Position numbers and translations under genes: made by a program | The notes under the pieces: generated by a model | The model's input: only the letters and a program-made list of their open reading frames with translations | What the model was told of the DNA's origin: nothing | Database searches by the model: none | NCBI GenBank assembly: GCA_964035575.1 | Contig: OZ037835.1 | Location: 1,922,001-1,986,000 of the forward strand | DNA from: Rhynchopus sp. YZ270_cl-10 | Taxonomy: Eukaryota | Direction: 5' to 3' | Length of the DNA stretch: 64,000 nucleotides | Shown: piece by piece, positions 12,260 through 21,081 of the stretch | Layout: each line of letters starts with the position of its first letter | Numbering within the stretch: position 1 is the first letter of the stretch

Positions 12260-14476
12260 ATGGTAGCGCAACACAGGGCCTTTGGGTTGTACAGGTCTGT
12301 CTTTCTGCAGTTGAGGACCGTAACCACTTCTACAGTGGAATGGGACGTACATCGTCTTTCAGTCTCTTCTGCGGCCCCTACACCACGAGAGGACATTAGT
12401 GCCTGGCCGGTAGGTCGCGTCGTGGATACGGAGCCCCGCAGTGTAAAGCGTCGAGAGAATACACACCAGGTTCAGTTCTTGGAGACGTTGGACCACAGCC
12501 TGCTGAAAGAGGCCTGCAGTGAGTCGCACCCCTTTGCCCACGCGGCGTCTGAGGTGAAGAAGATTTCCGCTTTTTCCATGAAGGTTGGGGTGCTGTCAGA
12601 ACCATGCTGCGGCATGCTCGTTGGTGTCCTGCAGTTTTTGTGCGCAGGGTTGGCAGCAGATACCCTAGGAGCGGTGTCTGAGATGGTGATCGGTGTGGGT
12701 GGGGTGTTTGCACAGTGTGTCGCTTCTATCCCTCATGACCCTGCAGGGAGTGTTGCGGACGCTTCCGTCGTTCTGGCTTTATCTATGCTCCGTATTTCCA
12801 AGCAGGTTCAGAACCCACAACGCAAGGTGGAGGCCTCACTCCCCTTCTTAGTCTCTGCTGTTGCGAAGGCACTTCCCGGGTTTTCTAAGCGTTCGTCTCA
12901 ATACCGTTCCTCGCTGTACGCTGAATTCGCTGTCGAAGTCTGTCAAACACCTTGTATGATAAGCGAGACGGAGATGTTCGGTGAATTACTCCGAGGATTC
13001 GCACGACATCTTGTTAGAAAGAGCGAGCCTCCGAGGGGGGTACAGCTGCTGGCTACGTTGTCGAAGCTGTACGTCAAAGGGGAGGAGAAGGGAGGGGAGT
13101 GGCCAGCTCTATTGGTCGCAAGACGTCACGCGGGGGTGCCTCAGAGCTTTTTTGAGAAGCTATTGTTTCCCGCCGTACTGCGATGTGGGAAGAAGGCGGG
13201 GCGTGAGAAGGAATCTCTCTCCGCTTCGGACCTCCGCATTGTGGTACACATTTTGAAGGATTTGCTCACCGCGGACTGCGAGGGCACATCAGAATATGTC
13301 ACCCTGAGTGTACAAACCAAACGTCTCTTCAAAACACACATCAGCCATTCTCCCCCACAGTATCTTCTGAGAGCAGACCTAACGTCGAAGGTCGCAGAGG
13401 TGCTAGCAAATTTGCTTAGAGTGCGTCTGCGGGAGCATTTGGTATGCGGTGAAGCAGCGTTGCGTGGCTGGGAGGTTGGGGACTACGCTGCGTTGGTGGC
13501 GTTGGTGGCGCTGCATGAAGAGCTGCACTGCAAAGGGATGTGTTTGTATCTGGAGGTGTTGTTGGAGCGGGTGGTGGTGTTGTGTGAGCGCCGTGCGTTG
13601 CGTGTGGAGCATAGCGTGACGAAGGTGCTCTTCATGGCGGATGTGGCAAACAGTAGTGCCACCTCGGTGCATCTGGCACGAAGGTTGTTGTGTTGTCTCA
13701 TACCACACCTTGAGGGGGCACCTAGCGTGGTACTCCTCTCCGTCGCACGCTATGCGTGTCCGCTCCGCGCTCCAGGTGCAGAGCCGCCAAGGGAGGTGTT
13801 CTTTCTTCCAGAAGGTTTTCTTCATAACCATAGTACGCAGGTTGGTGCGTCGTTGGAGTGCAATGCAGATTTGCAACACCGGATGGAGGCAAGCAGAGAT
13901 CCACGGTGCTGTCCATTGTGGGTTTTCCAGGCGTTGGCGCGGCTTGTGGTGTTGGATGAAACACTGCTGTTGCTGTGGGTGCGGTGCATCGTGGAGCCTT
14001 CGGCGGAGAGGGGAGGGAAGGATGAGGATGACACGCTGCTGACACTGCTGTCTGCGGGGGTGCAGGGCGGGCTGATATCAGAGTGGTGTGTACGTCTTGC
14101 CGAGGAGGCGTTGCGTGGAGAGGAGCGTACTGCAGCGATGCATGCCTTTGGCGCGCACCCTGCCCGCCTAGCAGCTTCCATGACGCATGCCCTCGAGGTG
14201 GATGCTCATAGCTGTGTAGCGTCTGCAAGCCTCCTCGACTCTGTGGTGCACCTACCCGCGGAGACGCTCTTCGCGCACCTCAGCAATCTTGCTGACAGTG
14301 GGGCATGGTGCACACCATTTGCCGACCCAGATGACGACGCCTTCGGGCCAGCGATAATGGAAGAGCTCTGTCTGCATGAGTGTGGTATGAACATTGTGCT
14401 GGCAGTGCTCGTGCAGGAGGAGGCTGTGCAGCTCGTCTGTTGTGGTGACGAGCGTGTAGTGTCGCATCTTGTCTAA
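12260..14476 (+). CDS. Hypothetical Leu/Ala/Val-rich helical protein (~738 aa), possibly organelle-targeted
   Basis: Long uninterrupted ORF with gene-like codon usage; first ATG at 12260 gives an Arg/Ser-rich, acid-free N-terminus (MVAQHRAFGLYRSVFLQLRTVTTST). No domain recognised. Confidence 0.7.
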   Translation: MVAQHRAFGLYRSVFLQLRTVTTSTVEWDVHRLSVSSAAPTPREDISAWPVGRVVDTEPRSVKRRENTHQVQFLETLDHSLLKEACSESHPFAHAASEVKKISAFSMKVGVLSEPCCGMLVGVLQFLCAGLAADTLGAVSEMVIGVGGVFAQCVASIPHDPAGSVADASVVLALSMLRISKQVQNPQRKVEASLPFLVSAVAKALPGFSKRSSQYRSSLYAEFAVEVCQTPCMISETEMFGELLRGFARHLVRKSEPPRGVQLLATLSKLYVKGEEKGGEWPALLVARRHAGVPQSFFEKLLFPAVLRCGKKAGREKESLSASDLRIVVHILKDLLTADCEGTSEYVTLSVQTKRLFKTHISHSPPQYLLRADLTSKVAEVLANLLRVRLREHLVCGEAALRGWEVGDYAALVALVALHEELHCKGMCLYLEVLLERVVVLCERRALRVEHSVTKVLFMADVANSSATSVHLARRLLCCLIPHLEGAPSVVLLSVARYACPLRAPGAEPPREVFFLPEGFLHNHSTQVGASLECNADLQHRMEASRDPRCCPLWVFQALARLVVLDETLLLLWVRCIVEPSAERGGKDEDDTLLTLLSAGVQGGLISEWCVRLAEEALRGEERTAAMHAFGAHPARLAASMTHALEVDAHSCVASASLLDSVVHLPAETLFAHLSNLADSGAWCTPFADPDDDAFGPAIMEELCLHECGMNIVLAVLVQEEAVQLVCCGDERVVSHLV

Positions 14477-14900
14477 TACAGAAGAGAACCAATTCCGAAG
14501 CAAGACCTGAAGGAGGTGCCAGTGGATGTGTAAAATGCTATGTTGTGAGGCGAAACCAATGCAGGCTGGAAAAGCGGGAAAGGGTTGTGGACAGGCCATT
14601 TTTTTGAAGAAGTTATCCACCTCCAAGCCTGGATGGCATAAATAGAGAATGTGCGTGGGCTGTGGATGTTGCCCAGCTCCCTCGCCTTCGCCCTCAAAAG
14701 AAATAACCTCCCCAGAGCCCTCCATTGACCTCCCTCCCCTTCCCTTCACAGATATCTCGTCTCCGACACCCTGACACCTCACCCCACAGCATCGCGCAAC
14801 ATTAGACTGCACAAGAATTACCCCTATTAGTTATCAAACACACAACACAACACAACAGGTAGACACCACCTGCACCTTTGTGCACATCAATCACGCTAAC

Positions 14901-17900
14901 ATGGGCTGCGGAGCATCCAAGCCTGCGAAGGATGAGACAGACAGAGTCACCACTCAACAGCACACCTCTGCAAACGTTGAGGTGTCCGCTACGACAACAA
15001 AGCCTCAGACGGAAGACAGCACAAAGTGTGCTGTGGCTGACAACGTCGACAGCACCAGGGGCGTTGCGCAGTACGTCAATGAGAAAGACGCACACACAAT
15101 GGACAGCGTGGACGGGAGGACAATGCTGCACAGTGCCGTGCTTGCGGGGGACATGGAGGCAGTGCGGCTTCTTGTGGAGAACGGGGCAGGGAACGTGCGT
15201 GACAGGGACGGGAAGGTGCCGTTGTGGTACGCACTGCAGCACAGGGACGCGGATGTGCGGGGGCGACTTGAGGCGGAGCTGGGGGTGCATGCAGCAGAGA
15301 TCCTTGTGGAGGTGGAGGATGCTGTGCAGGTGTACCTCACTGACGGTGTCGCCACAACAGGAACAACAGCAACAGGTGATGCAACGACAGCACCTCTTAC
15401 TGACCCTCACATGGACATGGCGAAAGACACAAACACCTCGACTGGAGACAGACAGCTGGGAGAGGATGATCTTGACGGGGACACGGGTGCACTGCGGCAC
15501 ACAGACGGACGGAAGGTGGAGTGGCTGCGGAAAAAGGAGGACAGCAACAACAACACTCACACCAACAAGAACAGCAGTGGAGGTCAAGACCTGCTGTGCT
15601 GGCTGCGTGGTCTGCCAAACGTGGATCCGCCGTTGGGCTACACAGACGAACACGTGCGGCACATGGAGGCGGGGTTCCGTGTGGTGTGCAAGCGTCTGCT
15701 GGAGGACATGAGAGGACGGAGGGAGGCTGCGGGGACACGTGGTGGGCACGTGGAGGTGGAGGACTGGATGGCGGCACGCGACCCGTTTGAGCTGCTGCTG
15801 TCGGGGTTCCTGTTCACGTCTGACTGTGTGGAGTACGTGCTGGACAGCGGCGGGGATGTTGTGTGCGATGAAGAGGGCACACCGCAGATTGCGAAAGGGC
15901 CTGACGGGAAGCTGCGGTACATCAGACTGACGGAGCGGGCTGTGCTGGACAACCACGGGAGTGCTGCTGATTCACAGTCGCTTGCGCTGTACATGACGAT
16001 GAACACTGCGATGCGTGCTGTGGGGCAGCTGGCTGCGGTGAAGGAGTGGAAGGGGACACCTGAGAAGACAGCACCGAACGTGTTTGATCTGTCTCCCGCA
16101 CCCCCGCAGCTGCACGTGATTGCGACCTTTGCGCCGCTAATCCGTGGTCTGGACCGGCTGATTGGGAGCCGTCGGAAGCAGCTGCGGACTGTGTTCCGCG
16201 GGATCAATGTGAACGTGTCTGCGAAGTACGCGCTGGGGACGCACATTGTGTGGAACTGCTTCACGTCGACAACACTGAAGCGGGATGTGGCTCGGAGCTT
16301 CATGTACGGGAAGGGTGGGACATTTTTTGTGGTGGTGGCGAAGGAGGGTGCTGCAGACGTGAAGTTCTCGTCTGTGTATGCTTCGGAGGACGAGCTGCTG
16401 TACACAGCGAACATCGAGTACCGGGTGCAGTGGAAGCTTTCTCCGACACTGCTGCGGATGATGGGGCTGCGCTTTGACGTGATTGTGATGCAGGAGGTGT
16501 GTGCGGAGGATGCGGGTGTGGGGGAGACGAGTGCGGCTGAGCAGGTGGGTGCGCTGCAGGAGGTGATGGGACACACAGTCGCGTTCTTCAAGGACTACCT
16601 TGCGCAGTACGTGGAGGGGCGCGTGGGGGACGACACACGTGTGGATGAGTCGGAGACACGTCCGCTGATGGAAGAGGTGCGGAGGTGGCTTCGTGCACGT
16701 GGAGGTGGATGTGGGAAGCAGATGTCTTCCGTGTGCACACAGGTAGCAGCGGGCACAGAGCGCAAACCTGATGTGGAGGCGAGAGAAGAAAGACAAGGGG
16801 CGTGTGGTGTGCTGTGTGTGATCGGAGAAGGAGGGAGCGGGAAGACGTCTGCTTCGATTGCAATTCTGAGCGACCTTGCAACGTCTGCGAGGAAGAGCGA
16901 AAACACAAGCAGGAACAGAAACAGCGTGGTGAGTGATGTGACTGCGGATGCGGATGCGAAGCCGTACTTCCCTGTGTTTGTGGCGCTGCCGACTGTGAAG
17001 CAGCACCTGCTTGAGAAGGGAGGGCTGGACAGGTTTGTGCTGGAGTCGTTTGCGCTGCGGGAGTCGGACCGTGCGTACCTTGCGGAGACGTACGAGGTGG
17101 TGCTGGTGCTGGACTCGCTGGACGAGGTGGGGCTGACGCAGGAGGACGTGCGTGCTGTGGTGGCTGAGGGTGGCCTTCTGTGCCGGCATCCGTGGGTGGA
17201 GGCACACTGCAGCGTTGTTGTGACTGTGCGTGGTGAGTACCTGAAGGGTGTGGGCACGTCTCCGTCTGGTGTGTGCGGGGCTGGTGTGTGTGCTGTATAC
17301 ATGCAGCCGTTCACAGAAGTGGATGCGAGAACGTACATCAAGCGTGCAAACACAGCCTGGGAGAAGGAACACAACGAGGAGAAGTCAGCACACAAGGAAG
17401 AGCGCACAGTCTTCGTGCGTGAGGAGGACGTTGAAGGACTTGTGCAGCTGCGGAACCCGTTTGTGCTGCACATGGCGTGCCACGCGCAGTGCAGCGGGAA
17501 GGCTTCTGAGGAGGTGATCTACGAGACCTACCTGGAGACGTGGACGAAGAAGGAGATGGCGTCTGGTGGAGTTGCTGTTGCTGTTTCCGATGTGTCTTTA
17601 GAGGATGTGGTGCGTGCAGGGGAGCTCGTTGCATGCAGGATGCTGGAGACAAACGAGTGGCAGGGGACTGTGGGTGTGGCATCGAAGGTTCTTGATTCGC
17701 AGCACGGTGTGTGTGAGGCTGTGCGGGATGCGTGCTTCCGCTGCCTGCCGTTCCGGATTGAGGACTTTGGGGAGGAGCGGAGTGCGTTCACGTTCCGGCA
17801 CAAGTCGCTTGGGGAGCACCTTGCAGCACGGCGGCTTGCACGTGATCCAGCAGGGACACTGGGGACGCTTGTGCAGCGGAGCTTCAGCAAGGACTCACAG

Positions 17901-20174
17901 CGTGTGCTTGGGTTCTTTGCGGCGCTGGTGTATGGAGACAGTGTGCTGTACGAACGTGCCTGCACAGAGCTGCTTGCGGCTGTCAAGGCGACACGCGGCA
18001 GTGCAGGTGGAGATGCAGGTGTTCGTGGGGAGGGTGCTGTGACAGCAGGGTCGAATGCAGCAGCACTGCTGGCACGTGCACGTATCCCTGTGAGTGGGCA
18101 GGACCTGAGCGGGATCCGTGTGTCGAACTGCGACCTGCGCGGGTCTCTGTTTGTGGAGACGGCGCTGACGGGCGCTTCCTTCTCGAACTGCTGGCTGGAG
18201 CACACTGAGTTCAACACCTGCGACATGGGTGGCACGATGCTGCCTGACTGCTCACTTGGCACACCACTTCCTGTACTGCAGCATCATGCCGATGATGTAG
18301 CAGTGACACCTGATGGCAGTCAAATGGTAACAGGTGGCCACAAGAATAGAGTACATGTGTGGAGCATGTCTTCTGGGGAAGAAGTGATGGTCTTGGAAGG
18401 CAATTCGGGGCAGATCTTTGGAGTGGCAGTAACATCAGATGGAACCCGCGTAGTTTCGTGCTCCTCTGACAAAACTGTGCGTGTGTGGAATATGCACACT
18501 GGGGAGGCAGTGTTCGTCTTGGAAGGCCACCAAGCTGGGGTGCTCGAGGTGGCAGTCACTCCCGACAGTTGTAAAGTTGTTTCAACTTCTGCTGAAGACG
18601 GTAGCCGTGTGTGGGATCTCTCGACGGGGATGGAAGTGCTGGCAATAAAGTCGCCTGGCGTTCTCAGCATGGTTATTACCAAGGATGGAAGTCAAATAGT
18701 GACGTGCTCCAGAGAGAAGCTGCGCGTATGGGATCTGGTCACGGGGAAGCGGGATATGCAGTGGCGTTGCTGTGTGGCGTCTTCACATGCACTGGCAGTC
18801 ACTCCCGATGGATGCCACGTTGTTTCGTGCTATGATGGCGCACATCTTTGGAACCTCTCGACTGGGGCAGAGGTGATGGTGTTCCATGCCGAAGCTGCGT
18901 TGAGAGCAGTGGCAGTCACTCCCGATGGATGTCACGTGGTTGCTGGTTCCATGAGCGGCACTGTGCACGTTTGGAGCATTTCGACTGGGAAGGAGGTGAC
19001 GGTGTTGCAAGGGCATACTTTTGTTGTGAGCGCAGTGACAGTGTCACCAGATGGATGCCACGTGGTTTCATGCGACGCCGACGGCACTGTTCGAGTGTGG
19101 AACATCACGACCGGGAAGGAGACACCAGGTTTCGAAGGACTTTCAGGCCAGTCTGTAGCAGTGGCCCTGGATGGATCTATCATTTCGTACGGTGGGAAGA
19201 GGAACTCCATCTGGAACACATCCACCGGCAGGCAAACACAGGTAGTTGAAGCAGGGATATATCAACAACGCGATGCTGCGGCTGTGTACCCAGATGGCTC
19301 TCATGTAGTTTATTGCTGTTGCGACGAAGCTGGCGAAAGGAGAGCGTGTGTGTGGGACGTTGCGACGGGAAAAGTGCAGCCTTTGTGCACAGATTCCAGT
19401 GAGTTTGCGGTGTTCTTGAGACAGTCTGGAAAACTGCTTTCCTTGGCTTTTTCTCCCGATGCATCTCACGTGGTGACCTGTTCACCGTCTTCGCAGGAGG
19501 AAGACACTTACTGTGCGTATGTGTGGAGCATGCCGACTGGGAAGAAGGTGTCAGAATATGCAGGAACTACTCGCCGTCCCCGAGGAGTGGTAGTGAGTCC
19601 TGATGGAGTGCGTGTGGTTTCGTACTATGATGATAACACCGTACACATGTGGAAACTGCACACTGGAGAAGAGACGATGGTGTTCAACGGACATACTTCC
19701 AATGTCTTCGACGTTGCCGTGACTCGCGATGGATCTCGTCTTGTTTCATGCTCTGCTTACGATACTGTGCGTGTGTGGGATGTTGCCAGCGGGAAGCAGG
19801 TCTTTACCTTGGAACATGATAAGTCCGTCTATGGAATGGCACTGACACCTGATGAAGCTCACGTGGTCTCGAGTACGGACAGTGTGAGTGTGTGGAGCAT
19901 GACCACTGGCGAGAAGGTGGCAGAGATCAGTGCACATTGCGATTTGCGCAGACTTGCTGTGAGCCCCGATGGACGCGAAGTGATGTGTGCTTGCGGTGAC
20001 AACACTGTGCGTGTGTGGAGCATCTGCACTGGGGAAGACGGCACGATTGATGGGTTGCGGCTGAAGAGAGTGATCGGTGTCCCTTCAACAGTTCCTCGTG
20101 CATTAGGCTGTCGCAATGCTGATGCTGTGGAACCTGAACTTGCGAGACGGATTCTTTGTGATGTCGAGGAGTGA
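14901..20174 (+). CDS. NLR-like STAND protein (1757 aa): acylation motif, ankyrin, ADP-ribosyltransferase, NACHT-type NTPase, pentapeptide repeats, 14 WD40
   Basis: MGCGASK start; ankyrin (GRTMLHSAVLAGDMEAVRLLVENGA..RDRDGKVPLWYA); ART motifs VFRG (16191), FTSTT (16260), SEDELL (16383); Walker A GEGGSGKT (16824); Walker B VVLVLDSLDE (~17097); NPF; FTFRHKSLGEHLAA; QDLSGIRVSNCDLRGSLF pentapeptides; 14 WD40 repeats ~18270-20030. Confidence 0.92.
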   Translation: MGCGASKPAKDETDRVTTQQHTSANVEVSATTTKPQTEDSTKCAVADNVDSTRGVAQYVNEKDAHTMDSVDGRTMLHSAVLAGDMEAVRLLVENGAGNVRDRDGKVPLWYALQHRDADVRGRLEAELGVHAAEILVEVEDAVQVYLTDGVATTGTTATGDATTAPLTDPHMDMAKDTNTSTGDRQLGEDDLDGDTGALRHTDGRKVEWLRKKEDSNNNTHTNKNSSGGQDLLCWLRGLPNVDPPLGYTDEHVRHMEAGFRVVCKRLLEDMRGRREAAGTRGGHVEVEDWMAARDPFELLLSGFLFTSDCVEYVLDSGGDVVCDEEGTPQIAKGPDGKLRYIRLTERAVLDNHGSAADSQSLALYMTMNTAMRAVGQLAAVKEWKGTPEKTAPNVFDLSPAPPQLHVIATFAPLIRGLDRLIGSRRKQLRTVFRGINVNVSAKYALGTHIVWNCFTSTTLKRDVARSFMYGKGGTFFVVVAKEGAADVKFSSVYASEDELLYTANIEYRVQWKLSPTLLRMMGLRFDVIVMQEVCAEDAGVGETSAAEQVGALQEVMGHTVAFFKDYLAQYVEGRVGDDTRVDESETRPLMEEVRRWLRARGGGCGKQMSSVCTQVAAGTERKPDVEAREERQGACGVLCVIGEGGSGKTSASIAILSDLATSARKSENTSRNRNSVVSDVTADADAKPYFPVFVALPTVKQHLLEKGGLDRFVLESFALRESDRAYLAETYEVVLVLDSLDEVGLTQEDVRAVVAEGGLLCRHPWVEAHCSVVVTVRGEYLKGVGTSPSGVCGAGVCAVYMQPFTEVDARTYIKRANTAWEKEHNEEKSAHKEERTVFVREEDVEGLVQLRNPFVLHMACHAQCSGKASEEVIYETYLETWTKKEMASGGVAVAVSDVSLEDVVRAGELVACRMLETNEWQGTVGVASKVLDSQHGVCEAVRDACFRCLPFRIEDFGEERSAFTFRHKSLGEHLAARRLARDPAGTLGTLVQRSFSKDSQRVLGFFAALVYGDSVLYERACTELLAAVKATRGSAGGDAGVRGEGAVTAGSNAAALLARARIPVSGQDLSGIRVSNCDLRGSLFVETALTGASFSNCWLEHTEFNTCDMGGTMLPDCSLGTPLPVLQHHADDVAVTPDGSQMVTGGHKNRVHVWSMSSGEEVMVLEGNSGQIFGVAVTSDGTRVVSCSSDKTVRVWNMHTGEAVFVLEGHQAGVLEVAVTPDSCKVVSTSAEDGSRVWDLSTGMEVLAIKSPGVLSMVITKDGSQIVTCSREKLRVWDLVTGKRDMQWRCCVASSHALAVTPDGCHVVSCYDGAHLWNLSTGAEVMVFHAEAALRAVAVTPDGCHVVAGSMSGTVHVWSISTGKEVTVLQGHTFVVSAVTVSPDGCHVVSCDADGTVRVWNITTGKETPGFEGLSGQSVAVALDGSIISYGGKRNSIWNTSTGRQTQVVEAGIYQQRDAAAVYPDGSHVVYCCCDEAGERRACVWDVATGKVQPLCTDSSEFAVFLRQSGKLLSLAFSPDASHVVTCSPSSQEEDTYCAYVWSMPTGKKVSEYAGTTRRPRGVVVSPDGVRVVSYYDDNTVHMWKLHTGEETMVFNGHTSNVFDVAVTRDGSRLVSCSAYDTVRVWDVASGKQVFTLEHDKSVYGMALTPDEAHVVSSTDSVSVWSMTTGEKVAEISAHCDLRRLAVSPDGREVMCACGDNTVRVWSICTGEDGTIDGLRLKRVIGVPSTVPRALGCRNADAVEPELARRILCDVEE

Positions 20175-20476
20175 ACGCACTGTTCGTACTTGCTCTTTGT
20201 GTTTGCCTCTTTTCCAAGACGAATGCAGACTGAGTGACGAGCACGAATGGTGTTGACACTGCCTCTTACGGTGGCGCCCTCATGCCACTGCGGGTGCGTT
20301 GTGCGAGGACAGAAGAGCGGCTTGTCGAGGTGTTACACTGCCAGTGCACTAAGTGTGCTGTCTGTTCATATTCACACGTCTTTTCCAAGATGTGTTGCGA
20401 TTACACATGTGTATTTTGACCACTTGGTTTTTGCGGAGTGATACACACTGCCACTTCCACATCTGTACACTATCCA

Positions 20477-20655
20477 TTTTGTACGAGTATGCAATACGTC
20501 TGGAAATGAAAAACGTGCTCTTCGATTGCCATGAGTCTTACCGTTTCCCCTTCTCCCCTTGCGCTCCACCTCTCCACCGTACTTCAGGATGCGGGGTTTT
20601 GAAAAAATAGGATGGATGAGATCAACAAACAACGAATAAATAAAGAAGGGGGGGT
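20477..20655. repeat. Dispersed repeat family C (~180 bp)
   Basis: TTTGTACGAG..GTACTTCAGGATGCG..GGATG(C/A)GATCAACAAACAACGAATAAA also at 49907-50130 and 42519-42645; fragments at 11989 and, on the - strand, near 54885 and 56627. Confidence 0.8.
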
Positions 20656-21081
20656 CTAAAGCCGCTCTTGCTGTTTCGTTTTACCAAGGTGGAGCGTTGA
20701 GGACTTCCAGACACCTTCCATATTTTTGTGTTGAATGATTGAGAGTTTCGGTGTTGCGATGTGTTCTGCTTCGATGACTGGCATGAGGGCTGTGTGCCTG
20801 TTAAGACCTTGGACGAGTACACCGGACTCCTTGCTTCCTGACGCTCTGTCACAACCTCGACAGTTGCGACCCGATTGGCGCACTGTCATCAACCTCCTAA
20901 CGTCACTGTTGCGCCTATTCCTATTGGCGTAGTCTGATGATATACGGTACACTTCCAGTGATGAAAAAAAGGGTCACTTTTCTGTCTTCACTTCTCCACT
21001 TCACCACACCCACAACCCACCCACAGTCAGGTGTTGTTGCACCCCACCACCCCACTGCCCGAAGAGGATCTTTCAGCGAAG

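Noticed and set aside
14802..18262. Long antisense and alternative-frame ORFs over the NLR-like gene
   Set aside because: Shadow ORFs from biased codon usage; no recognisable motifs.
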